Assembly (NCBI RefSeq): GCF_032444005.1
Contig: NC_091285.1
Span: 644,304,001 to 644,368,000, forward strand
Direction of reading: 5' to 3'
From: Ranitomeya imitator
Lineage: Eukaryota
DNA: 64,000 bases
The translations under genes were made by a program, and so were the position numbers. Positions 49,488-61,288 of this stretch are shown piece by piece; within the stretch, counting starts at the first letter, position 1; each line of letters starts with the position of its first letter. Below the pieces are notes generated by a model. The model was not told the origin of the DNA. It made no database searches and saw nothing but the letters and a program-made list of their open reading frames with translations.

Positions 49488-51472
49488 TAAAATGGTGTTT
49501 GGCCAGTATACTGACGATTGCCTGCCCATAAAGACATTTTTTTTTGTTGCATTTGGGTCCAGATTTTACGGAGTGTTCACACTTTTTGCTGACTTTTTTA
49601 AAGAGATAACTATCTGAAAACTTTTTAAAAAGTTTTTGAGAAGTTTTGGGAAGGATTTGAAGAATTTCTGCTCAGTTTTATCTCACAGAGAACTGTCGGG
49701 TCGGGTCTGTCGTCGCAACGTATCAGCCAAAAATCACTGACAGTGGTCCCGGTATAGAGTACAACAAAACAGCTACGCTACTTATATCTCTAAATATAAC
49801 AATGAGGGATCTGAAAAATGTCATATTGGATCCACCAGGAACCTTCTGAAAAAAAGTGTCTGTGCAGGACCCAGAAAACCCAAGGCCATTAATGTCATTT
49901 GTGTCACAGCAAAGAGAAGAGTGAGAGAAACGGAGGGGAGGATGACGCCGTAATAAGCGGTTAATGAAGTTAATTAAGGAGGGATCTGTCGCTGGCACAT
50001 GCAGCAACACCGGTTATATAATCAGGAAGGTCTGTAATGAGATAAATGGCTTCTATCATTAGGGGATTACAGACCCCAGTGTCCCATTTACACCTTACAC
50101 CTGACTCCGCTGGATGCTGACAGGCATGATATAGCATTAGTGTCTGATTGTTGGTGGGCCAAGTGCTGGGACCCCACTAATATGTAGAATGGTTAGCCTA
50201 TCTACTACCTCCTGACCATGCCTCCTTACAGTAGGGGGTGGTGGAGGTCCCAACCCCACCCAAACCCCGGTACCCTCTAGGGTCTGATTAATCCTCTCCC
50301 ACATAAGACAAAAGCTGTATCATCCATAGCTTGCGATGCTTTGTTGCTCCTCCTGGCAATTGCCCCCTTGAAAGGCTCCGCTGACCCTCTTGGCAATGTA
50401 AAAAATCTGGGCTCACAGATTTTCACGTGTGGTGCAGATTTTCCACCCAACAAACCTGCAATATTTTAGGCTATGTGCCCACGTTACTGGAATTTTTTGT
50501 GCGGATTCTGCATCTCTTGGCAGAAAATGCAGGTGCGGATTTGACGCTTTTTTTGTGCGGATTTTGTGCAGATTCGCTGCGGATTTACAGCGTTTTTTAC
50601 CCCTGCGGATTTCTAATGGAATGGGTAAAAAATGCTGCAGATCCGCAAAAAAGAAAGTGACATGCTCCTTCTTTTAATCCGCAGGGTTTCCGCACGGAAT
50701 TTTCCGCACCATTAGCACAGCATTTTTTTCTTATTGATTTACATTGTACCGTAAATCACTTGCGGATCTGCAGCGTACCCTTACAGCACCAGCAAGATGG
50801 TTGAGCTTTTACTGTAATCTCATCCAGCATTTTTTTTTTATGGGATCCATATGGAAAATGGATTTTGATGCATTTTTTTTAATCAGCAATTGAATTAATT
50901 TTTTTTTGTTTTATTCGGTGTGGGTTCCACATGAAAATTTGATTTTGCCGCTTTTTTTAAACCAGGTTTTAATGTAATTTTTTTTTTCTTTTTTGTTTGT
51001 TCCAGAAATACTGGTACATAAAAATCTGCTATTAAAATCTGCACCATATATATATAACATGTGAACGCTGCCTTAATCCACACATTAAACAGAAATTGTT
51101 TTAGTGTGGCTTTTGGCGTATTACCACAAAAAATAAGAATAAAATAAAGATGCATGAATAATTGCAGACAATATGTGCGGATTTTAGATGCAGAACTGCA
51201 GATTTCATGTTCAGAATCTGCTCATAAAATTTTCACCAAATATGTGATGCATGAACCCAGCATCTACCAGCAGAGGGCAGCACAATTCGCACACAATGCA
51301 GGCAAGTACAAAAGTATCTGGGCAATGTATAGCACCATTTTGCTATATATAGTGAGTATGTATGCCGCTATTTATATAGCTATAAGTAGGCGATGTATTA
51401 TTTGCATATGCATGCAGTTTAGTTAGCGGATGCTGTTTGACATTTTCTGAGCAGTCTCAAGTAAGTTTCTAA

Positions 51473-51879
51473 GGCTACTTTCACACTAGCGTCGGACTCG
51501 GCTCGTCGCATTGTGTCGGGCCGAGGTACCGACGCTAGCAGTGAATGCGCCGCACAATGGGGGCAGCGGATGCATTTTTCCAGCGCATCCGCTGCCCCAT
51601 TGTGAGGTGCGGGGATGTGGGAGCGGAGTTCCGGCCGCGCATGCGCAGTCGGAAATGGCGGACCGTCGGCAGCAAAAAACGTTTGTAACGTTTTTTGCTC
51701 CCGGCGGTCCGCCACAACACGGCGCAACCGTCGCACGACTGTTGCGACGTGTGTCAATGCGTCGCTAATGTTAGTCTATGGGGCAAAAACGCATCCTACA
51801 GACAACTTTGCAGGATGCGTTTTTTCCCATAAACGACGCATTGCGATGTATTGAAAAAAACGCTAGTGTGAAAGTAGCC
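51473..51879. mobile_element. Harbinger MITE
   Basis: taa|GGCTACTTTCACACTAGCG ... CGCTAGTGTGAAAGTAGCC|taa. Confidence 0.9.
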
Positions 51880-51942
51880 TAAGGATGTAGAGATTTTATC
51901 TAATACCCATCATGAAATGCTTTTTATAGTGATATTCCTTTA

Positions 51943-52330
51943 GGGTATGTGCACACGTCAGGATTTTTTCCTGACAAAATCCTGAGAATTCTGCCAGAAA
52001 TCCGCGTGCTTTTTTCGCGCGGATTTCTCGTGGAATTTGCACGTTTTTTGCGCGGATCTTTTGCGGATTTTTAGCGTTTTTTTTTTTTTCCCGGAATGAC
52101 CTTTTTGATAGGAAATCCGCAAAAAATCCGGAAAAAGATAGAGCATGTCCGGATTTTTTGCGGTATGCGTTTTTTTTGCGGAAAAAAACGCTAACATCTG
52201 CACAAAAAATGCGGAATGCATTCTAAAACATAGGATGCATAATGTTAGCGTTTTTTGACCGTATTTATAGCGTTTTTATAGCGAAATTCCGCAAAAAAAA
52301 CGCTAAAAATCCTGACGTGTGCACATACCC
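51943..52330. mobile_element. Harbinger MITE
   Basis: tta|GGGTATGTGCACACGTCAGG ... CCTGACGTGTGCACATACCC|tta. Confidence 0.9.
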
Positions 52331-52942
52331 TTAATCTATCATCTGATAATCCAGAAAAAAAAGAACAGTATTCCAGAATTCCCCAAAAACCAGTCAGTAT
52401 CAGTTCCATTTAGATGTATCGTTTTGTAATCAGCATGCAATGACTAATGACATGCTAATTAGGTAATCAATACTGCACAATATCACCAGTGACGACCTAA
52501 TGAGATGACCGATTGGATGGGAAAACGAGATTCTGTTCTTTCTGCTCTTTAATTCCAGGACAAAAAAAATGAATCCTGGCTGAAAATTAGATTAAATCTG
52601 TTTATAGCTCAGGCCAAATGATCCACTTTTCTAAAATGGCGGTCAGATTTTCCTCTGAGAAACAGGCTCCGGGGATGACACCATGAAGGCCTCGCATTAT
52701 GGACACAGAAGAAAATTGGTTGAATAGGAATCTATGAATTTCTAATCCTCTATCAATTCAATGTAAATGTAGAAAACCCGGGCGTACAGATTGTGCAAAG
52801 GCCTCTTGTGTTGCCATGGCGTCTCAGTTGTTTACTAGGCCTCATACGTCCTGTCTTCGTGGTACGCCACCTGTCCTGTGGTGTTGCATGAGGCCTAGTG
52901 ACTAGGCCTCATGTGATGTTATGATTTTGTGAGACCTATTAA

Positions 52943-53310
52943 AAGGGGTATTCCCATCTCCAAGATCCTATTCCAATATGTAGTAGGTGTAGTAATAATA
53001 TTATCATCAAATACCTCCAATTAGAAATGTAGTATAGTTTTTCTGATTTGCTGTGTCGCTTGCTCAGTGTGCAGGGCATTTCAATAGCTTACAGTAGGTA
53101 TCCATGGTTACAACCACTCACATAGTGACAGTTAGCTCTTAGTGGTCATAACCATGGATACCTAAGCTACTGCAATGCTCTGCACTTGGGGTAAGTGACA
53201 TAGGTAATCAGGAGAACTATACTACATTTCCAATTGGAGGTATTTGCTATTATTATTATTACTACACCTACTACATATTGGGATGGAATCTTGGAGATGG
53301 GAATAACCCT
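52943..53310. mobile_element. T2/Kolobok-like palindromic MITE (TTAA-flanked)
   Basis: ttaa|AAGGGGTATTCCCATCTCCAAG ... CTTGGAGATGGGAATAACCCT|ttaa. Confidence 0.85.
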
Positions 53311-54466
53311 TTAAGCACCACCAGAGTGGTGGGCACAGAAGTGAAGACATGCTGGCATGGCGTACCAGACTGGCACCATACGGATTGACTATGGTTTTTT
53401 GTCAGTCTCTGTACCTGCTTTACATCTGACGTACAGTACAGACTAAAAGTTTGGACACACTTTCTCATTTAAAGATTTTTCTGTATTTTCATGAATATGA
53501 AAATTGTACATTCACACTGAAGGCATCAAAACTATGAATTAACACATGTGGAATTGTATACTTAACAAAAAAGTGTGAAACAACTGAAAATATGTCTTAT
53601 ATTCTAGGTTCTTCAAAGTAGCCACTTTTGCTTTGATGACTGCTTTGCACACTCTTGGCATTCTCTTGATGAGCTTCAAGCGGTAGTCACCGGGAATGGT
53701 TTTCACTTCACAGGTGTGCCCTGTCAGGTTTAATAAGTGGGATTTCATGCCTTATAAATGGGGTTGGGACCATCAGTTGCGTTGAGCAGACGTCTGGTAG
53801 ATACACAGCTGATAGTCCTACTGAATAGACTGTTAGGGTATGCTTCCACATTCAGGAAACGCTGCGTTTTTGATGCTGCATTGAGCCGCAGCGTCAAAAA
53901 CGCAGCGTCCAGATGTTACAGCATAGTGGAGGGGATTTAATGAAATCCTGTCTCCACTATGCATTAAAAGACGCATGCGGCATACCCGCGGAAATGGACA
54001 TGCGGCGCATCTTTTCAGAACGCAGCATGTCCTTACATTGCTGAAACAACGCAAGGACAACGCAACTGACCTGCCAGTGACCTCAGGTGCAGATTTGGTC
54101 AGGATTTTACCTGCATAAAATCCTGACCAAATCCTGATGCAATCCTGAACGTGGAAACATACCCTTAGAATTTGTATTATGGCAAGAAAAAAGCAGCTAA
54201 GTAAAGAAAAACGAGTGGCCATCATTACTTTAAGAAATAAAGGTCAGTCAGTCTGAAAAATTGGAAAAACTTTGAAAGTGTCCCTAAGTGCAGTGGCAAA
54301 AACCATCAAGTGCTACAAAGAAACTGGCTCACATGAGGATCGCCCCAGGAAAGGAAGACCAAGAGTCACCTCTGCTTCTGAGGGTAAGTTTATCCGAGTC
54401 ACCAACCTCAGAAATCGCAGGTTAACAGCAGCTCAGATTAGAGACCAGGGCAATGCCACACAGAGT
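53252..54466 (+). repeat. Copy A of a 1215-bp direct duplication (MITE end + spacer + left half of Tc1 with nested Harbinger MITE 53836-54164)
   Basis: Aligns end to end with 55932-57146; about 35 differences counted by eye (~3%). Confidence 0.93.
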
Positions 54467-55931
54467 GGCATTACATTTAATTATATGTAAGATATGTGGA
54501 CGACATGTTCATGGTGTGGGACCGCCACCAGGAAGCTTTCACACGATTTGTGGAGCACCTGGGGACGTCCAACACCATGAACATGAAGTTCACTTCCGAA
54601 GTCGGAGGTAATGAACCAACCTTTCTAGATGTCAGATTAAGAATACAGGATAAGGACATCGTCACAGAGGTTTTTCGAAAAAAATCTGCATCTAATTCTC
54701 CTCTCCATTTCAGTAGCGCACACCCAGTTTACACAAAACAAGCTCTACCCTACAGTCAATTCCTGAGGGTTAAGAGAATCAACAGTGTGAATGTAGGTTT
54801 TAAAAAACAATCAGACGAACTATATGGTAGATTTAAAGAGCGAGGTTATCCCCAATCTATTTTAGATAAAGCCTTGAAAAGGGCAGTAGATACAGAAGTT
54901 CGCAATACGCCCCTTAAAACAAAAAAGGAAGACAAAAGATTTGTGTTTTCGTTTAAATTTGGTCCCATGGATACTCAAATAAGGTCGGCCATCAGAAAAA
55001 AATTGGCAGCTTTTAGGACAGGATAGCGATTTGAGGGATATGGTTGAGAAAGGCCCTTTGTTTGCGTGCCGAAGGAGCAAAAATATCAGAGATTGCCTGG
55101 TACGTAACCGCGTTACATCCAATCGTGAGAATTGGCTAAATGATAGTGTCCCTAAAGGGAATTTAAAGTGTGGCCACTGTAATTTTTGTGCACACCATCT
55201 TATAGGCAATAAGATTAAAATTGGCCCAATCCAGCATACAGTACACGACCTTATATCTTGTAGAACGACACATACAGTGTATGTAATCTTCTGCCCTTGT
55301 GGCTTATTCTATATTGGTAAGACGATTCAGCCCCTCTTCACAAGAGTGAGGGAACATCTTACCTCCGTTCGTACTGGCAAGGGTGTCCCCAGGTTGATAA
55401 ATCATGTAAGAGAGCAGCACGACAGTAATATCCAAGATTTGCGCTTTGCTGGATTAGAAAGAGTCTCCCTACAAAAGCAAGGGGGAGATTTGCATCGCCT
55501 CCTGCTGCAAAGAGGCGAAATGGATAATGCGCGCAGGCGCATTGGGACCTCTCGGTCTCAACGAAAAGTTGGACATGTCGGTATTCCTGTGAGCAAAAAG
55601 TATAGGAATTTGAAGTTCCAGTGTATAGTGGTGTTTATTTGTATTGTTTTTAAATGTATGTGTCATTAATGTTCACTATTATTCGAAAAAAAGGGGTATT
55701 TCACCCACTATGACGTTATGGTACTGGGAGGAGTTATGAGAATTGCACAGGTAAAAGAACCCTCCTTGTTTCCTGCTAACGTCAGGACCCGTTGAAGTGC
55801 CAGTTGCACAAAACGGCCGTCGTCCGTTTGTTTCCACTTTTCTCCCTGCTGGATTTTTGTATGTCCGAATAAAGGAATGACGTTTTTTAATCCGGTGAGT
55901 GCGCTCCACTTTTCTTTCTATTGACTGTTTC
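54467..55931 (+). mobile_element. 5'-truncated Penelope-like retroelement (RT C-half + GIY-YIG endonuclease + 3' terminal region), defective
   Basis: YVRYVDDMF RT motif at the 5' junction, then FLDV and LPYSQFLRVKRINS; GIY-YIG region YVIFCPCGLFYIGKTIQPLFTRVREH; frameshifted C-terminus EAKWIMRAGALGPLGLNEKLDMSVFL* (TGA 55590-55592); degenerate hammerhead motif 55785-55825; AATAAA near 55869. Confidence 0.92.
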
Positions 55932-57146
55932 ATTATTATTACTACACCTACTACATATTGGGATGGGATCTTGGAGATGGGAATAACCCTTTAAGCACCA
56001 CCAGGGTGGTGGGCACAGAAGTGAAGACATGCTGGCATGGCGTACCAGACTGGCACCATACGGATTGACTATGGTTTTGTCAGTCTCTGTACCTGCTTTA
56101 CATCTGACGTACAGTACAGACCAAAAGTTTGGACACACCTTCTCATTTAAAGATTTTTCTGTATTTTCATGAATATGAAAATTGTACATTCACACTGAAG
56201 GCATCAAAACTATGAATTAACACATGTGGAATTATATACTTAACACAAAAGTGTGAAACAACTGAAATTATGTCTTATATTCTAGGTTCTTCAAAGTAGC
56301 CACCTTTTGCTTTGATGACTGCTTTGCACACTCTTGGCATTCTCTTGATGAGATTCAAGAGGTAGTCACCGGGAATGGTTGTCACTTCACAGGTGTGCCC
56401 CGTCAGGTTTAATAAGTGAGATTTCTTGCCTTATAAATGGGGTTGGGACCATCAGTTGTGTTGTGCAGAAGTCTGGTGGATACACAGCTGATAGTCCTAC
56501 TGAATAGACTGTTAGGGTATGCTTCCACGTTCAGGAAACGCTGCGTTTTTTACGCTGCATTGAGCCGCAGCGTCAAAAACACAGCGTCCGGATGTTACAG
56601 CATAGTGGAGGGGATTTAATGAAATCCTGTCTCCACTATGCATTAAAAGACGCATGCGGCATACCCGCGGAAATGGACATGCGGCGCATCTTTTCAGAAC
56701 GCAGCATGTCCTTACATTGCTGAAACAACGCAAGGACAACGCAGGGGACCTGCCAGTGACCTCAGGTGCAGATTTGGTCAGGATTTTACCTGCATAAAAT
56801 CCTGACCAAATCCTGATGCAATCCTGAACGTGGAAACATACCCTTAGAATTTGTATTATGGCAAGAAAAAAGCAGCTAAGTAAAGAAAAACAAGTGGCCA
56901 TCATTACTTTAAGAAATAAAGGTCAGTCAGTCTGAAAAAATTGGGAAAACTGTGAAAGTGTCCCTAAGTGCAGTGGCAAAAACCATCAAGCGCTACAAAG
57001 AAACTGGCTCACATGAGGACCGCCCCAGGAAAGGAAGACCAAGAGTCACCTCTGCTTCTGAGGGTAAGTTTATCCGAGTCACCAGCCTCAGAAATCGCAG
57101 GTTAACAGCAGCTCAGATTAGAGGCCAGGTCAATGCCACACAGAGT
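55932..57146 (+). repeat. Copy B of the 1215-bp direct duplication
   Basis: Starts attattattactacacc and ends caatgccacacagagt, as does copy A. Confidence 0.93.
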
Positions 57147-58074
57147 TCTAGCAGCAGACACATCTCTACAACCACTGTTAAGAGGAGACTTTGTGCAGCA
57201 GGCCTTCATGGTAAAATAGCTGCTAGGAAACCACTGCTAAGGACAGGCAACAAGCAGAAGAGACTTGTTTGGGCTAAAGAACACAAGGAATAGACATTAG
57301 ACCAGTGGAAATCTGTGCTTTGGTCTGATGAGTCCAAATTTGAGATCTTTGGTTCCAACCACCGTGTCTTTGTGCGATGCAGAAAAGGTGAACGGATGGA
57401 CTCTACATGCCTGGTTCCCACCGTGAAGCATGGAGGAGGAGGTGTGATGGTGTGGGGGTGCTTTGCTGGTGACACTGTTGGGGATTTATTCAAAATTGAA
57501 GGCATACTGAACCAGCATGGCTACCACAGCATCTTGCAGCGGCATGCTATTCCATCCGGTTTGCGTTTAGTTGGACCATCATTTATTTTTCAACAGGACA
57601 ATGACCCCAAACACACCTCCAGGCTGTGTAAGGGCTATTTGACCAAGAAGGAGAGTGATGGGGTGCTACGCCAGATAACCTGGCCTCCTCAGTCACCAGA
57701 CCTGAACCCAATCGAGATGGTTTGGGGTGAGCTGGACCGCAGAGTGAAGGCAAAAGGGCCAACAAGTGCTAAGCATCTCTGGGAACTCCTTCAAGATTGT
57801 TGGAAGACCATTCCCGGTGACTACCTCTTGAAGCTCATCAAGAGAATGCCAAGAGTGTGCAAAGCAGTCATCAAAGCAAAAGGTGGCTACTTTGAAGAAC
57901 CTAGAATATAAGACATATTTTCAGATGTTTCACACTTTTGTGTTAAGTATATAATTCCACATGTGTTAATTCATAGTTTTGATGCCTTCAGTGTGAATGT
58001 ACAATTTTCATATTCATGAAAATACAGAAAAATCTTTAAATGAGATGGTGTGTCCAAACTTTTGGTCTGTACTG
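56112..58074 (+). mobile_element. Tc1/mariner transposon, full length, defective, with a nested 329-bp Harbinger MITE (56515-56843, TTA TSD)
   Basis: TA-flanked CAGTACAGACCAAAAGTTTGGACAC TIRs (~270 bp). Transposase from ATG ~56858 has stops/frameshift; WSDESKF, QQDNDPKH and WPPQSPDLNPIEMVW motifs are present. Confidence 0.95.
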
Positions 58075-58764
58075 TATATGTTGCCGGACATTTTGTTTGT
58101 ATATATTTTTTCATCTCGTCTCCTGGTCCAAGTTTTCCAACCGTCCAGCAATTCCTGAATAGTCAGTAAAAATGCACTTTTTTCACATCTGTAAAAAAAA
58201 TTTGATGTATCCGTGATTTTTTTGAGGATGAAGAAACTTATACAGATCATTTAGACTTAGAATATGGGCCATAGACATGCATCTCTATAATGATTTATTG
58301 TGGTTTTCCAATGTGTCCATAAAAAATATTGCCTGTCCGTGATTTTTTTTATAAGGTGTCCAGAAAAAATTAAATGTAAAGTGGGCAACCCTGTCCTGAT
58401 CTCAATCGGACTCATTTTCTTGACAAAGAATCAATTGGAACTCATTGGGGATGATTAAGGGGGTTTTCTTAAAAAGAAAAAAAATATCTACTTGATTATT
58501 TGCTGATCACTGGAGGTTCCAATCGTTGTATCTTGACATTGGGGCTCTGCTGCCCTGCCAGGAATAGAACGGAGGTGCACATGCTCCATTCATTGTCTAT
58601 GGGACTGCTGGACAGCCACATGCAGCACTCAGTGTCTCATAGACAATCAATGGAGGATGTTGGAGCATGTCACTTTTCAACTGTGTACCCCAAAAAGACA
58701 TCAAACATGGATGAAAATTGGATTTGGTGCACCAAAGGGAAAAAGGTCCCATTTTTTTCTCTTA

Positions 58765-58960
58765 GGCCGGGATCACACATGCGAGAAACACGTCCGTGTC
58801 TCGCATGTGAAAACCAAGTTCTGGCGCCGGCACTCCAGAGCGGAGCGTGCAGCCTCATAACAACACATGAAGCCGCACGCTCCGCTCCCAAGTGCCGGCG
58901 CCAGAGCTTGGATTTCACATGCGAGACAAGGACGTGTTTCTCGCATGTGTGATCCCGGCC
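58765..58960. mobile_element. 196-bp palindromic Harbinger MITE
   Basis: tta|GGCCGGGATCACACATGCGAG ... CTCGCATGTGTGATCCCGGCC|tta. Confidence 0.9.
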
Positions 58961-60933
58961 TTATAAGCAAAAATGGGGTTTATAAATTAACAAACCCCTC
59001 AGCATTTGCAACTAAGTCTGCAGAGTTGTAAGCAGAGGGGACAATTACCTAACAAAAGGAGGACCATGAATTCAGAAGAAATGCACCCCTTCTGGTAGAA
59101 CAGGTCTGTCCAGTCAGCAGCGCCCACCAGAGCAGGAGGGGCAAAGGGTGGTCCGACTGTCCATTGTTCCTTGCCTCAGGGCGGCCTTTGGTTTCAGGGA
59201 CATTGATAGAATAATCACAAATGCCCCCAATACTCTTCCAAATGCCCATACCACCACAAAGGCCTAATCAAGCAAATGGGGTCGGTAACAATTCCCTGCG
59301 CAGGGAAAAGCAGAACTGTGATATACGGTTATACCAGTAGTGCAGCGGGGACCCCCAGAAGTCAAGATCATAAAGTAACGGCATATATTAGCAATATCAC
59401 TCTAGATGGGACGATGCCTTTAAGCCCCACTCATTATTGCATTTGCCCCCTTTTCATCTATATTTTGCACATTATTTTAATTTGCCCTTCTTTAAATGTA
59501 TCTTATGCATGGGATGTTGCAGCAGTGTTGGCTTTGGGGGAATTTAGGGGTCTCTCCCTGTGGGGTACACTACTATAGTGCTGGGCAGCCCACCTGATCT
59601 AGTAATATGGGTATCACTAATGGTTTGTAAGCCGACACTGTGCACGGTGTGACTGGTGCCCCATACAGGAGCATTTTTAACACTAGACAGCCGCCATCTC
59701 CATGAACGGGAGGTTTATGAGAGTCCACTTCATTATTTTGCACCAATTCTGCCTGCACGTGTAGTACATTACTATCGGAACCAAGAAACTACAGCTACTA
59801 ATTTGTGATGTCTTCTGAATATTTCATCCTTTAGGACAAGTTTCTTCATTTTGTATGCTTTATATGTATTCACTTTTTTTATGTTCATTGGGGGTAGGCT
59901 TTGATTTTTCCAGATAGTTTCAGCTGGTTCATCAACTGCAACTTTTTAAAGTTGCATTTTTGTACAAATGTACTTGAGTGCACTCCCCCGCCCCCTCCCA
60001 ATCAATTTTATCTACACCTGAACATTTTTTTTTTTTTTGCAACTTTTGTAGCACATGTAAACCCTTGCACAAGAAAGTCACGAAAAATAAAGTTAAAGGA
60101 AGTATTGAGTTTGTGAAAATTTGTGAACCAAATGTATCATTTTGAAAAATTTGGAAGAAGAGTTTTTTTTAATAAAAAAAAAAAAACAACAAACGACAAG
60201 TGGTGAATCAAGACCGAATTTTCCTATTTGGGGAAAAAAAAAAAAAAAAAAATCATGGCATTCAGACTACACCCTGGTCATAAGCCGTCTGTTTTTCTTG
60301 TACATGGAAAAAAAGTAGTAGTGTGAATGAGCTCCAATTCATTTGCTTACTATATGCCCATGAAAGTCAGATAGGTGAAATCAGTTATGACTGAGGCTCT
60401 GGTCTGCACTGGGGTCAATGCAGAAATAGAAATTTAAAAAAAAAAAAAAAAAATGCATAATTTATGTAAAGTGGCAGTAAATCTTCATCAAGACAGGAAC
60501 CACCTACAGAAAGTAACAGGATTCCATCAGACTCTGTATAGACTTGTAAGGTCCCTGACCTGGGGGAGGGGGAGGATTCCCTGGGGCAGCACCTGATGAT
60601 ATGACTGCAGTGATCAGGTTATAGACAACTGCATGGACAATTCAGAAACATTTGTCCTCCATTGAATGAAGTTCCGCAATGTTTTGTAAACTTTGCAATA
60701 AAAAAGCCTCATTCAATGTCAGGACTACAGTCCATGGAAGACATAAAACAAAATCCTGTAGATCATTATCACAACTATAAGTATCCAGACACATTTATAG
60801 GTAAAAGTTCACACTTATCTTTCAATCTTAAACCTATGAATAAAAAAAAAAATGCACAAAATACTGAAAAGATCTAACAATATTTATTGAATCTGCAGTA
60901 AAAAGTAATATACATGTCTCGCCCCCAAACTGG

Positions 60934-60939
60934 TTTATT
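60934..60939 (-). promoter_or_regulatory. Candidate polyadenylation signal of the PPP1R3C-like gene
   Basis: First minus-strand AATAAA found downstream of the stop at 61746. Confidence 0.45.
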
Positions 60940-60963
60940 CAATGTCATCAAGTACAGATCTTA

Positions 60964-61288
60964 GGCTACGTTCACACTAGCGTTCGGCTAGTGTGCGTTG
61001 CGCTAGCGTCGGGCGACGCAGCGGCGACGCACGCGTCATGCGCCCCTATGTTTAACATGGGGGACGCATGCGTTTTTGCTTGTTGCGTTTTCCGACACGT
61101 GCGTCTTTTTTGACGCTAGCGTCGGACCAAGAAAACGCAACAAGTTGCATTTTTCTTGCGTCCGATTTTCGTCAAAAAAACGACGCACGCATCGAAAAAC
61201 GCAGCGTTTTTGCGTGCGTTTGCGCGCGTTTTTCGGTGCGTTGTGCGTCGCCGACGCAGCGGCGCACAACGCTAGTGTGAACGTAGCC
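60964..61288. mobile_element. Harbinger MITE in the predicted 3' UTR of the PPP1R3C-like gene
   Basis: tta|GGCTACGTTCACACTAGCG ... CGCTAGTGTGAACGTAGCC|tta. Confidence 0.9.

Noticed and set aside
52833-52915. Small inverted repeat actaggcctcat / atgaggcctagt
   Set aside because: Only 12-bp arms; likely a MITE relic or chance; no RNA family recognised.
59049-59760. Short ORFs in unique-looking DNA
   Set aside because: No homology recognised and no consistent splice sites.
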